Of a DNA stretch of 64,000 bases, positions 40,739 to 54,502 are shown piece after piece. The stretch lies in NCBI GenBank assembly GCA_964187785.1, contig OZ076409.1, positions 74,340,001 to 74,404,000 of the forward strand. Direction: 5' to 3'. The notes beneath the pieces were generated by a model. It did not search any database. It was not told the origin of the DNA and saw only the letters and a program-made list of their open reading frames with translations. Positions within the stretch are counted from its first letter, which is position 1. Each line of letters begins with the position of its first letter. The translations under genes were made by a program, and so were the position numbers. This stretch comes from Amphiscolops sp. MND2022 (taxonomy: Eukaryota).

Positions 40739-42709
40739 TGCGGGGGGGTAACCCCAACAAAGATATTGGAGGATTCGGGTAGGGTCCTGAATCCGATTTT
40801 AACTCTAATAGCTATCGATAGGAAATCTTGCAAAAATTTCGGGATCTCGTGATCTAACCATAGGATTTTAAAGTTGGAGCGGCCCCCACCAGATTTTCCG
40901 AAAATTAGCGCCCCCCACCGGGTTCCATACCCCGGAAAATTTTTTTCTGGCCACACGGGCGACCGTTAGGGGGTCATTTTAGGGGTAAAATTCATATTGG
41001 GCCACATAACTTTTTTTCTGTTGATTTAAAACTTTGGAACCCTGCTAAAAGTTTCTTGACCGTGTTGCAGGGGCCCCGAAGGTCCAAACCAAATTTTTCT
41101 ATCTTGAAGCTATCTCCAAGTACCCCCCCGCTCAAACCGTTATTTTTCCGGAAACGCAGGTTTTTGACCCGGAAGGAGTCGTCTGAGCGCGGGGTCGTTA
41201 GGTGATGTATTGGGGACAGCCTTGAGACGAAGTGGGGGACAAGTAGTTTGCCAACCTCAATTTACCCCCCGGACGGGAAATGACCGTTATATGAGCGTGA
41301 AAAATGCCCCCCTCCACGTTTTACCGCTATTTCCGGTGTGAAGGAGTGGGAGTAGCGCATCGGGTGTTATATATCAAAAGTAGGTTTAGACAAGGACCTA
41401 TCGGAAACATGTAGTTTGGGACCCCCTGGACCAACCCGTTAGCGGGAAATGGGGCTTCCGCCTCCTTTTTTTAGTGCTAAAACCGTAAAATGGGCATTGA
41501 GGGGTAAATATCTCGTGAACGCGTGGAGCAATCGTGTCCATCACTACTACAAGGTTTCATACCCATGATATGGTGCCTTCAGGGGGGCAAACAGATTTCC
41601 GCTATCTATCACCGTTACCGACTTGGCCCCCCAGCCTAACCGCTATGTGACCGGAAATGTCACTTTTTGAGCCCAAAGGGTCGGTCCCAGCCGGGGAACG
41701 TTAGGTAACTTATTGTAGTACTCAAGGAGACGAGTTGGGGGATATAGTTTCAGTCACCCCCCGTTACCCCTTGGGACCGGAAATGACCGTTATGTGGGTA
41801 AAATTGCAATTTTTATACTTTTTCAAGTGTATTTAGGTGCGGAAGGAGTGGTAATAGGTGCTTGGACACTATGTGAGGTAAGGGAGGACGTGAGGCGAGC
41901 ATTCGGAAATAACCGTTATGTTGACCCTAAAGTCCCCCTGGTACCGTAAACGACCGGAAATGGTCAAATTTTGTGTCTATTGGGTACAAATGTTTTGTAT
42001 TTTGTAGATAAAAGTATCTATTAGGTGTTTCGACGGTCTACAGTAGTGAACATAGTCATGAAACCTTGTGGGGGGTAACGGTATATAGCACCGGAAGTCA
42101 AACCGTTGGAGACAGGATAGGTTTTTTGGTTTTAAAATGTCTTTCGGCGTAATTTTTTCGACTCTTGTGGACTATTTTTAAAAATTAAAGTTTTTCCATA
42201 TAGTTTCAGAGACTCCGAAACCTCAACCAACATAACCGTTACCTTATGATAGCCTTTCAAGTTGGCCTGGTGTCAACTTGGAAGCGCTATCCTTCTGAAA
42301 TCGTTAATCAAGAGTGTTTTTGGGTAGATATATATTGCATTAGTACCAATTAGAGCTTCATCAACAGTGTATCAACGACAAAAACTATGCCGTCATGATT
42401 CCGTTATTAGAATCATAGTGAGCAAATTGTTGAAAAAAATGGTTTTTTCCATACAAAATGTGTCCTAAATGCCAGGAAACCTATTTACCTAACAAATGGT
42501 ATTAATTGGAATGTATGTAACAGATTTATAAAAGTTCAAATTGAATATTACATTTCATTATGGAAGCTGAAACGTCATATTTTAGTTTAATTAACGTCAA
42601 CGCCACACACTTTACATCAACGCACACCGTCTGTGGGCATGCCGAGGCATGCCCTTCGACGACGTATGACAAATCCTTATCAAACGACGCCCGTACATCC
42701 CGGGCTAGG
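40739..42709 (+). mobile_element. Long unit (1971 bp)
   Basis: Near-identical to 29819-31789. Confidence 0.8.
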
Positions 42710-44684
42710 TGCGGGGGGGAAACCCCAACAAAATTTTTGGAGGATTCGGGTAGGGTCCTGAATCCGAGTTCAGTGCTGCCAGCTTTCGTTAAGAAAATTT
42801 GGATAGGATTCGGGATCTCGTGATCTAACCATAGGATTTCAAAGTTGGAGCGGCCCCCACCAGATTTTCCGAAAATTAGCGCCCCCCACCGGGTTCCATA
42901 CCCCGGAAAATTTTTTTCTGGCCACACGGGCGACCGTTAGGGGGTCATTTTAGGGGTAAAATTCATATTGGGCCACATAACTTTTTTCCTGTTGGTTTAA
43001 AACTTTGGGACCCTGCTAAAAGTTTCTTGACCGTGTTGCAGGGGCCCCGGAGGTCCAAACCAAAATTTTCTATCTTGAAGCTATCTCCAAGTACCCCCCC
43101 GCCCAAAACGTTATTTTTCCGGAAACGCAGGTTTTTGACCCGGAAGGAGTCGTCGGAGCGCGGGGTCGTTAGGTGATGTATTGGGGACGGCCTTGAGACG
43201 AAGCGGGGGACATGCAGTTTGCCAACCCCAGTTTACCCCCCGGACGGGAAATGACCGTTATATGAGCGGGAAAAATGCCCCCTTCCACGTTTTACCGCTA
43301 TTTTCGGTGTGAAGGAGTGGAAGTAGCGCGTCGGGTGCCATATATCAAAAGTAGGTTTAGACAAGGACCTATCGGAAACATGTGGTTTGGGACCCCCTGG
43401 ACCAACCCGTTAGCGGGAAATGGGGCTTCCGCCTCCTTTTTTTACTGCTAAAACAGTAAAATGGGCATTGAGGGGTAAATATCTCGTGAACGCGTGGAGC
43501 TACGGTGTCCATCACTACTACAAGGTTTCATACCCATGATATGGTGCCTTCAGGGGGGCAAACAGATTTCCGCTATCTATCACCGTTACTGACTTGGCCC
43601 CCCAGCCTAACCGCTATGTGACCGGAAATGTCACTTTTTGAGCCCAAAGGGTCGGTCCCAGCCAGGGAACGTTAGGTAACTTATTGTAGTACTCATTGAG
43701 ATGAGTTGGGGGACATAGTTTCAGTCACCCCCCGTTACCCCTTAGGACCGGAAATGACCGTTATGTGAGTAAAATTGCCATTTTTGTCCTATTTGAAGGG
43801 CATTTAGATGCGGAAGGAGCGGTAATAGGTGCTTGGACACTATATGATGATAGGGAGGACGTGAGGCGAGCTTTCGGAATTAACCGTTATGTTGACCCCA
43901 AAGTCCCCCTGGTACCGGAAGTGACCCGTTATGGTCAAATTTTGTGTTTAAAGTGTACAAATGTTTGGTGTTTTTTGGATAACAGTACCTATTAGGTGTT
44001 TCGACGGTCTGCAGTCGTGAACATAGTCATGAAACCTTGTGGGGGGTAAAGGTATATAGCACCGGAAGTCCAAACCGTTGGAGACAGGATAAGTTTTTTG
44101 GTTTTAAAATGTCTTTCGGCCTACTTTTGTTGACTATTATGGACTATTTTTGAAAAATAAATTTTTTCCAAATAGTTTCAGAGACTCCGAAAACTCAACC
44201 AACATAACCGTTACCTTATGATAGCCTTTCAAGTTGGCCTGGTGTCAACTTGGAAGGGCTATCCTTCAAAAATCATTAATCAAGTGTAATTTTGAGTATG
44301 TTTGTATTACTTTAGAATCAATTAGAGCTTCAAGAAAAGTTTGCCAACGATAAAAACTATGTCGTGATGATTCCTTTATTAGAATAATAGTTAACAAAAT
44401 ATTGATAAAGTTGATTTTTTACACTTTAAATGTGTTCTAAATGCCAGAAAACCTCTTTACCAAACAAATGGAATTGATTGAATTGTATATAACAGCTAAT
44501 AAAACTTCAAATTGAATATTAGGTTTCATTATGGAAGCTGAAACGTCAAATTATAGTTTAATTAACGTCAACGCCACATACTTTACATCAACGCCCACCG
44601 TCCGTAGGCATGCCGAGGCATGCCTTTCGACGATGTATACCAAATTCCATCCACACAACACCCCCGAGCGCGGTAGCAGCTAGG
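42710..44684 (+). mobile_element. Long unit (1975 bp)
   Basis: Junction-bounded; carries the A:T palindrome variant at 44606-44625. Confidence 0.8.
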
Positions 44685-44715
44685 TGCGGGGGGGTAACCC
44701 CAACTTTTTTCTTGG
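44685..44715 (+). mobile_element. 31-bp stub of a long-unit head ending at CTTGG
   Basis: tgcgggggggtaaccccaacttttttcttgg matches the heads at 24544 and 51218, which continue aggaatcggg. Confidence 0.85.
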
Positions 44716-45994
44716 TGGCCGTGTCTTTTCGACGTGCTTTTGCATTGAGGAGTGGGTAGGGCCCCGCGACGACCTAGAAGAATTGGATGCTCACCGAAAC
44801 GTGCAGAATTCTACGAGATCTCATAGTTTGAGCCATACGATTTTTCTGAAATTTGGCATGTGGCCTGGAATTGGTGAGTAGGTAAAACGTGTAGGAGGTA
44901 ATTTTTCCCAAATTCCATTGTGAGAGGAGATATGGGCAAATAACGGACCCAAAAATGGGGAAAATGCACTTTTTTCAAGTTTGTCAGCCAATATCTCATT
45001 TCCAGGTGCCCGTAGCGTTCCGCACGTGGACATCAATATTGCTCAGCGCTGTTAGAAGAGTGCGTGGACAAATTTTGGTTCAAATCGGACTGAAACTTGG
45101 CGAGAAATTAACGGTTTTTTGGGCGTTTCCGGGGTAAATTTTTTAACGGTCCAGCTTATCTTTGCCATTTTTTCGAAAATGTACTTGCCTAAAGGCCTCC
45201 CCCTGGCCGAATTTCCTCCCAGCAAACCCATTTGGCCCTAAATACGGAGTTTCAGCGTTCCAGCATTTCCGGGCGAAAAGTTGTGGGACTTAGAAAAATT
45301 TCAAAATTTTTCAAAAAATTTTTTTTCCGTTTTCCGCCCCCCCAGAGGGGAAAAGACCCCCCAACCAGTATTTTGAGGGATTGCATGTCGAAAGCCCTTG
45401 TTTTGACGAGAAAAATACCGTTTAGAACATCTTTTTATTTTAACTTGACGTTGACTAATGACGTTTTGAATGTGATGTTTGGACGTGTGAGGCATGTGAA
45501 AAGTTGATGTTTTGAGTCTTTATCTCATGTGAAAGCGATTGAGATGCAAGCTGTACTGCTCAAAACGTCTTTCGTTGTAGTTTTCCAGTGCCGCAATAAC
45601 CTTTGATGTCATTTGAATATACTTTTCTTCGATATATTAACAATTTTATTGTATTTATTCCAATTTTTGTTATCTTATAACTCAAAACAGTTGAGTACAT
45701 TTCATCTCCCTTTCGGGGGAGATGAGAATGTACTCGCTAAAAACCTAGTGCTATTGCGCCGCAATGATTGCAAAAGTTGTTTTTACTGCTGTTCCACAAG
45801 CATTTTTAAACTGACTTTTTTAAAACTATTAATTAACTTAAAGTACATTACTTGAACTTACTACTAATACCACCTATCTCTAACGTCAACGCCCCCCTGC
45901 TTGCATCAACGCCCACCGTCCGTGGGCATGCCGAGGCATGCCCTTCGACGACGTATGCCAAATGCCCAGTGCCACGCAGTCTTTTCCCGCTAGG
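44716..45994 (+). mobile_element. Short unit, F-type mosaic (1279 bp)
   Basis: Starts directly after CTTGG; F1-like left body, F2-like right body. Confidence 0.8.
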
Positions 45995-47969
45995 TGCGGG
46001 GGGGAAACCCCAACAAAATTTTTGGAGGATTCGGGTAGGGTCCTGAATCCGAGTTCAGTGCTGCCAGCTTTCGTTAAGAAAATTTGGATAGGATTCGGGA
46101 TCTCGTGATCTAACCATAGGATTTTAAAGTTGGAGCGGCCCCCACCAGATTTTCCGAAAATTAGCGCCCCCCACCGGGTTCCATACCCCGGAAAATTTTT
46201 TTCTGGCCACACGGGCGACCGTTAGGGGGTCATTTTAGGGGTAAAATTCATATTGGGCCACATAACTTTTTTTCTGTTGATTTAAAACTTTGGGACCCTG
46301 CTAAAAGTTTCTTGACCGTGTTGCAGGGGCCCCGGAGGTCCAAACCAAATTTTTCTATCTTGAAGCTATCTCCAAGTACCCCCCCGCCCAAAACGTTATT
46401 TTTCCGGAAACGCAGGTTTTTGACCCGGAAGGAGTCGTCGGAGCGCGGGGTCGTTAGGTGATGTATTGGGGACGGCCTTGAGACGAAGTGGGGGACATGC
46501 AGTTTGCCAACCCCAGTTTACCCCCCGGACGGGAAATGACCGTTATATGAGCGGGAAAAATGCCCCCCTCCACGTTTTACCGCTATTTCCGGTGTGAAGG
46601 AGTGGGAGTAGCGCGTCGGGTGCCATATATCAAAAGTAGGTTTAAACAAGGACCTATCGGAAACATGTAGTTTGGGACCCCCTGGACCAACCCGTTAGCG
46701 GGAAATGGCGCTTCCGCCTCCTTTTTTTACTGCTAAAACCGTAAAATGGGCATTGAGGGGTAAATATCTCGTGAACGCGTGGAGCTACGGTGTCCTTCAC
46801 TACTACAAGGTTTCATACCCATGATATGGTGCCTTCAGGGGGGCAAACAGATTTCCGCTATCTATCACCGTTACCGACTTGGCCCCCCAGCCTAACCGCT
46901 ATGTGACCGGAAATGTCACTTTTTGAGCCCAAAGGGTCGGTCCCAGCCGGGGAACGTTAGGTAACTTATTGTAGTACTCAATGAGACGAGTTGGGGGATA
47001 TAGTTTCAGTCACCCCCCGTTACCCCTTGGGACCGGAAATGACCGTTATGTGAGTAGAATTGCAATTTTTATACCTTTTGAAGGGCATTTAGGTGCGGAA
47101 GGAATGGTAATAGGTGCTTGGACACTATATGATGTAATGGAGGTCGTGAGGAGAGCATTCGGAAGTAACCGTTACGTTGACCCCAAAGTCCCCCTGGTAC
47201 CGGAAGTGACCCGTAATGGTCAAATTTTGTGTTCAAAGGGTACAAATGTTTGGTATTTTGTAGATAAAAGTATCTATTAGGTGTTTCGACGGTCTGCAGT
47301 CGTGAACATAGTCATGAAACCTTGTGGGGGGTAACGGTATATAGCACCGGAAGTCCAAGCCTTTGGAGACAGGATAAGTTTTTTGGTTTTAAAATGTCTT
47401 TCGGCCTACTTTTGTCGACTATTATGGTCTATTTTTGAAAAATAAAGATTTTCCATATAGTTTCAGAGACTCCGAAACCTCAACCAACAAAACCGTTACC
47501 TTATGATAGCCTTTCAAGTTGGCCTGGTGTCAACTTGGAAGGGCTATCCTTCAAAAATCATTAATCAAGTGTGTTTTTGAGTATGTTTGTATTACTTTAG
47601 AATCAATTAGAGCTTCAAGAAAAGTTTGCCAACGACAAAAACTATGTCGTGATGATTCCGTTATTAGAATAATAGTTAAGAAAATGTTAATATATTTGAT
47701 TTTTTACATTTCAAATGTGTCCTTAATGCCAGAAAACCTCTTTACCAAACAAATGGTATTGATTGAAATGTATATAACAGCTAATAAAAGTTCAAATTGA
47801 ATATTACGTTTCATTTTGGAAGCTGAAACGTCATATTGTAGTTTAATTAACGTCAACGCCACATACTTTACATCAACGCCCACCGTCCGTAGGCATGCCG
47901 AGGCATGCCTTTCGACGACGTATACCAAATTCCACCCACACAACACCCCCGAGCGCGGTAGCAGCTAGG
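45995..47969 (+). mobile_element. Long unit (1975 bp)
   Basis: Relative of 42710 and 49243. Confidence 0.8.
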
Positions 47970-49242
47970 TGCCGGTGTTTTCTTCACTTTTGAGGATGTT
48001 GCGCGTGTGGGTAGGGCCCCTGGCGCGCTCCGTTGTCCCCCTGTTTATATCTTCGTAATTTTGAACAATTTTTTGGGATCTCGAAAACTGGCCACACGAT
48101 TTGGCTGAAATTTTGCATGCGGCTTCCTATAACACTTCTAAGAACTAATCCCTAGTGGCGTTTTGCTGGGAAAATTTTTTTTGTTGACTTATTCACATTT
48201 TTAGGGTCAAAAAAAGGCGTTTTTTTGAAAAAATTTTTTTTCAGAGACAAATACTCGAAACTGGTGCACCCAGCGCAGTAACGCCTAGCTGATTTATTGT
48301 TGGGCATTTCATGAGGAGTCCGTATACAAATTTTGGTCTAAATCGAATTAAAATTGATTGAGAAATAACTGAAAATTTGAGGATTTTTTTTGGAAATTTT
48401 CGAAAACCCAGTCTATCTCTACCGTTTTTTGCCCAGATTTTTTTCTAGACACTCTCCTAAAGGCCTCCCCTGGCCGGTTTACATCCCAGAAAAACCATTT
48501 GGCCCTAAATACGAAGTTTCAGCGTTCTAGCATTCCCGGGCGAAATGTTGTGGGACTTAGAAAAATTTTTTAGAAACGCAAAATGTGTAAAGTCAACTTC
48601 AGGCCTCCCAAAGTCAAGGAACTTCCACACAACTAGGATTGCAAGTGGATGCATGTGGAAAGTACTGGGATAGACGAGAAAAATGAGCTATAGAACGACT
48701 CTGTAGCTTAACTTGACGTTGACTTATGATGTTTTGAATGTGTGCTTGCTAAGGGGTCCGAAATTGAAAATTTTTAAAGAAAAATAATATCGTCAAAAAT
48801 TCATCGGAATGCCTGCAATATACAGTAGAGCGTGTTCAACTGTAGCTGACTAATGCATCAACGCCGTTCAAGGTCTTTTAACTCAGTTTCAAAATTTTTT
48901 ACACTGTATTATCCATCCGAGAGTTCGAAACAGTTGAGTACATTCCATCTCCCTTTCGGGGGAGATGAGAATGTACTCGCTAAAGTCCAGGTACTACAGC
49001 CCGTATTTGTTTCTCTGCGACGCAAATAATTGTTAGTGCACGTAACTACTGATCTTTTGACTGAATTTGGTATTCACATTGACGTGACATAAGCTAAATG
49101 TTTGGTCGATACAACAACATACACATGACAAACGTCAACGCCACATACTGTTACCAACGCCCACCGTCCGTGGGCATGCCGAGGCATGCCCTTCGACGAC
49201 GTATGCCAAATACCCTTTACCGACGCGCACTCTCCCGCTAGG
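47970..49242 (+). mobile_element. Short unit, C-related (1273 bp)
   Basis: Head shared with 54503 and 59515. Confidence 0.78.
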
Positions 49243-51217
49243 TGCGGGGGGGAAACCCCAACAAAATTTTTGGAGGATTCGGGTAGGGTCCTGAATCCGA
49301 GTTCAGTGCTGCCAGCTTTCGTTAAGAAAATTTGGATAGGATTCGGGATCTCGTGATCTAACCATAGGATTTTAAAGTTGGAGCGGCCCCCACCAGATTT
49401 TCCGAAAATTAGCGCCCCCCACCGGGTTCCATACCCCGGAAAATTTTTTTCTGGCCACACGGGCGACCGTTAGGGGGTCATTTTAGGGGTAAAATTCATA
49501 TTGGGCCACATAACTTTTTTTCTGTTGATTTAAAACTTTGGGACCCTGCTAAAAGTTTCTTGACCGTGTTGCAAGGGCTCCGGAGGTCCAAACCAAAATT
49601 TTCTATCTTGAAGCTATCTCCAAGTACCCCCCTGCCCAAAACGTTATTTTTCCGGAAACGCAGGTTTTAGACCCGGAAGGAGTCGTCTGAGCGCGGGGTC
49701 GTTAGGTGATGTTTTGGGGACGGCCTTAAGACGAAGTGGGGGACATGTAGTTTGTCAACCTCAGTTTACCCCCCGGACAGGAAATGACCGTTATATGAGC
49801 GGGAAAATTGCCCCCCTCCACGTTTTACCGCTATTTCCGGTGTGAAGGAGTGGGAGTAGCGCGTCGGGTGTTATATAACAAAAGTAGGTTTAGACAAGAA
49901 CCTATCGGAAACATGTAGTTTGGGACCCTCTGGACCAACCCGTTAGCGGGAAATGGCGCTTCCGCTTCCTTTTTTTACTGCTAAAACCGTAAAATGGGCA
50001 TTGAGGGGTAAATATCTCGTGAACGCGTGGAGCAATCGTGTCCATCACTACTACAAGGTTTCATACCCATGATATGGTGCCTTCAGGGGGGCAAACAGAT
50101 TTCCGCTATCTATCACCGTTACGGACTTGGCCCCCCAGCCTAACCGCTATGTGACCGGAAATGTCACTTTTTGAGCCCAAAGGGTCGGTCCCAGCCGGGG
50201 AACGTTAGGTAACTTATTGTAGTACTCAATGAGACGAGTTGGGGGACATAGTTTCAGTCACCCCCCGTTACCCCTTGGGACCGGAAATGACCGTTATGTG
50301 GGTAAATTTGCTTTTTTAATACTCTTTGAAGTGGATTTATGTGCGGAAGGAGTGGTAATAGGTGCTTGGACACTATATGAGGTAAGGGAGGACGTGAGGC
50401 GAGCATTCGGAAATAACCGTTATGTTGACCCTAAAGTCCCCCTGGTACCGGAAGTGACCCGTAATGGTCAAATTTTGTGTTCAAAGGGTACAAATGTTTG
50501 GTGTTTTATGGATAACAGTGCCTATTAGGTGTTTCGACGGTCTGCAGTCGTGAACATAGTCATGAAACCTTGTGGGGGGTAACGGTATAAAGCACCGGAA
50601 GTCCAAACCTTTGGAGAAAGGATAAGTTTTTTGGTTTTAAAATGTCTTTCGGCCTACTTTTGTCGACTATTACGGTCTATTTTTGAAAAATAATGTTTTT
50701 CCATATAGTTTCAGAGACTCCGAAACCTCAACCAACATAACCGTTACGTTATGATAGCCTTTCAAGTTGGCCTGGTGTCAACTTGGAAGGGCTATCCTTC
50801 AAAAATCATTAATCAATTGTGTTTTTGAGTATGTTTGTATTACTTTAGAATCAATTAGAGCTTCAAGAAAAGTTTGCCAACGACAAAAACTATGTCGTGA
50901 TGATTCCGTTATTAGAATAATGGTTAAGAAAATGTTGATAAATTTGATTTTTTACATTTCAAATGTGTCCTAAATGCCAGAAAACATCTTTACCAAACAA
51001 ATGGTATTGAGTGAATTGTATATAACAGCTAATAAAAGTTCAAATTGAATATTACGTTTCATTTTGGAAGCTGAAACGTCATATTGTAGTTTAATTAACG
51101 TCAACGCCACATACTTTACATCAACGCCCACCGTCCGTAGGCATGCCGAGGCATGCCTTTCGACGACGTATACCAGATTCCACCCACACAACACCCCCGA
51201 GCGCGGTAGCAGCTAGG
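49243..51217 (+). mobile_element. Long unit (1975 bp)
   Basis: Relative of 45995. Confidence 0.8.
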
Positions 51218-53212
51218 TGCGGGGGGGTAACCCCAACTTTTTTCTTGGAGGAATCGGGTAGGGTCCTGATTCCGAGTTCAGTGCCGCCAGCTATCGTTAA
51301 AAACCCATACCTTTTAAACCCGATCTCGGGAACTAACCACGCCCCTTCTTTAATTTTTTGGCCCCCACTCACTTTTTGATAGTAGATCGCCCCCCACTGG
51401 GTTCCAAGTTGGGCAAAAATGGAGGTCATGGGTAACGGGGACCGTTAAGGGGTAACTCAGGGGGTAAAATTTATTTTTTGCGTCATATCTTTTCCCCCCG
51501 TGGATTTAGCGCTTCCGGTCAGCAGACAAAACCTCATGTACGTGATATGGGGCCTCCGTAGGTCCAAACAAAATTTTTCTATCATGCACCGTTACGGACT
51601 TGCCCCCCCGGCCCAACCGTTATTTTACCGGAAATTGCACTTTTTGACCGGGAAGGAGTCGTCTGAGCACGGAGTCGTTTGGTAATGTTTTGTAGTGCAT
51701 CTGGAGACGTGTTGGGGGACATGTAGTTTGCCGGCCCCAGTTTACCCCCCGGACGGGAAATGACCGTTATGTGAGTTTTAAAATTACCCCCCTTCAATTT
51801 TCCCCGTTATTTCCGGTGTGAAGGAGTGGGAGTAGCGCGTCGGGTGCCATATATCAAAAGTAGGTTTAGACAAGGACCAACCGGAAACTTGTGGTTTGGG
51901 ACCCCCTGACCCAACCCGTTAGCCGTTATAAGGGTGATCGCCTCCTTTTTTTACTCTCAAAACCGGAAAACGGGCATTGAGGGGTAAATATCTCGTGAAC
52001 GCGTGGAGCAATCGTGTCCATCACTACTACAAGGTTTCATACCCATGATATGGTGCCTTCAGGGGGGCAAACAGATTACCGCTATCTATCACCGTTACCG
52101 ACTTGGCCCCCCAGCCTAACCGCTATGTGACCGGAAATTGCACTTTTTGAGCCCAAAGGGTCGATCCTAGCCGGGCACCGTTAGGTAACATATTGTAGTA
52201 CTCATTGAGACGAGTTGGGGGATATAGTTTCAGTCACCCCCCGTTACCCCTTGAGACCGGAAATGACCGTTAGGTGAGTAGAATTGCAATTTTATACCTT
52301 TTGAAGGGCATTTAGGTGCGGAAGGAATGGTAATAGGTGCTTGGACACTATATGATGTAATGGAGGTCGTGAAGAGAGCATTCGGAAATAACCGTTATGT
52401 TGACCCCAAAGTCCCCCTGGTACCGTTAACGACCGGAAATGGCCAAATTTTGTGTTCATAGGGTACAAATGTTTAGTATTTTATGGATAAAAGTACCTGG
52501 AAGATGTTTTAAAGGCCTCCAGAAGTGAACATAGTCATGAAACCTTGTGGGGGGTAACGGTATATAGCACCGTAAGTCCAAACCGTTGGTCACAGAATAG
52601 GTTTTTTGGTTTCAAAATGTCTTTAGGCGTAGTTATGTGGGTTGAATCGTCATAATATCAACTATTACAGACTTTTTTCGGAAGTAAAATTCTTTCACAT
52701 TAGTTTCAGGGACCTCCAATGCTTCAGTCAACATAACCGTTACATTTTGATAGCCTTTCAAGTTGGCCTGGTGTCAACTTGGAAGGGCTATCCTTCTAAA
52801 ATCGTTCATCAAGAGTGTTTTTGGGTAGGTATATGTTGCATTAGTACCTATTAGAGCTTCATCAACAGTTTGCCAACGGCAAAAACGATGTCGTGATAAT
52901 TCCGTTATAAGAATATTAGTTAACAAATTGTTTACAAAGTTGATGTTTTTCCATTCGAAATGTGTCCTGATGCCACCAAATTGAATAAAATATAAAATGG
53001 TATTGACTAAAACTAATTAACAATGAAAAAGAAGATCAACATTTTAATAGGTCTCATTATGGAAGCTGAAACCTCACGTTTTAACTTAATTAACGTCAAC
53101 GCCACATACTTTTCATCAACGCCCACCGTCCGTAGGCATGCCGAGGCATGCCTTTCGACGACGTATACCAAATTCCTTTAACACAACACCCCCGAGCGCG
53201 GTAGCAGCTAGG
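51218..53212 (+). mobile_element. Long unit (1995 bp)
   Basis: Relative of 24544 with a swapped terminal tail. Confidence 0.8.
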
Positions 53213-54502
53213 TGCCGGTGTCTTTTTACACAATGGGGGAAGTTGCGCGGTTGGGGAGGGTCCCTGACGCGCTTCCGTGAGATCAGGTTTTTCAACTAGT
53301 GAAATCGACAATGAAAATTGAGATCTCGTAAACTAGCCATACGATTTGGCTGAAATTTGGCACACGTACCCCCCTCGGCACGGTGAAGATGATTTCCTAC
53401 TGACGTTTTTCCCGCTAAACATTTTTTGTTGACCAAAATAACGGTTTTTGGGGTAAAATTTTCAACTTTTTTTAAATTTCATCTTATATCTCGCCACGGG
53501 TACACGCTAGCGCTTCCAAACCTTGCTGACGAAAGTTTGCAAACTGTCTCAGGAATGCTGTGTGAAAATTTCAGCTCAATCGGACTTAAACTCGAGGAGA
53601 TATAGCGTTTTTCCGGAGCGGGGGGGTTTCATTTTTCTAACGGTCCAGCTTATCTTTGCCATTTTTTCGAAAATGCACTCGCCTAAAGGCCTCCCCTGGC
53701 CGGTTTTATTCCCAGCAAAACCATTTGGCCCTAAATACGGAGTTTCAGCGTTCCAGCATTCTCGGGCGAAAAGTTGTGGGACTTAGAAAATTTCAAAAAT
53801 TTTCAAAATTTTTTTTTTCGTTATTTGGGCCCCCAAAGTGGGGGAAAAGACCCCCCAACCAGTAAATCAAGTGAATGCATGTGGAAAGGCCATGTTTAGA
53901 GGAGAAAAATGCCGTTTAGAACGTCTTTTTATCTTGGCTCAACGTTGACTTATGACGTTTTGAAGGTGATGTTTGGCGGTGTAAAGCAAGTGAATAGTAA
54001 ACGTTATGAGTATTTATCTGATCTGAAAGCCATTGAGATGCAATATGATTGCTCAAAACGTAATTCATTGCAGTTTGGCAATCAATCAACACCCTTTGTT
54101 GTCGTTTGACATACTTTTTTGTTGTTAAAATAAAAAATTTTGTGTATTTATTCATTTTTTTCTCATCAAATAACTTGGAACAGTTGAGTACATTCCATCC
54201 CCCCCTTCCGGGGGAGATGAGAATGTACTCGCAAAAAGCACCGAACTACGGCCCTTACCTTCCCGAGCTACGCAGTATAAGGATTACATATTGGTTCCGA
54301 CATTTTCATAGAGTTATATCTTGGTAATCTGTCTGGATATGCCGAAAAATCAGCACGTGCCTTTTAATACCAAGTTGCTCACAACGACAATTATTTTATA
54401 TCAACGCCCCCATATTTATCAACGCCCCCCGTCCGTGGGCATGCCGAGGCATGCCCTTCGACGACCCGCACCAAAATATGCGTTAGCGCGGTAGCCGCTA
54501 GG
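53213..54502 (+). mobile_element. Short unit, subtype B (1290 bp)
   Basis: Near-identical to 19388-20677. Confidence 0.78.
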
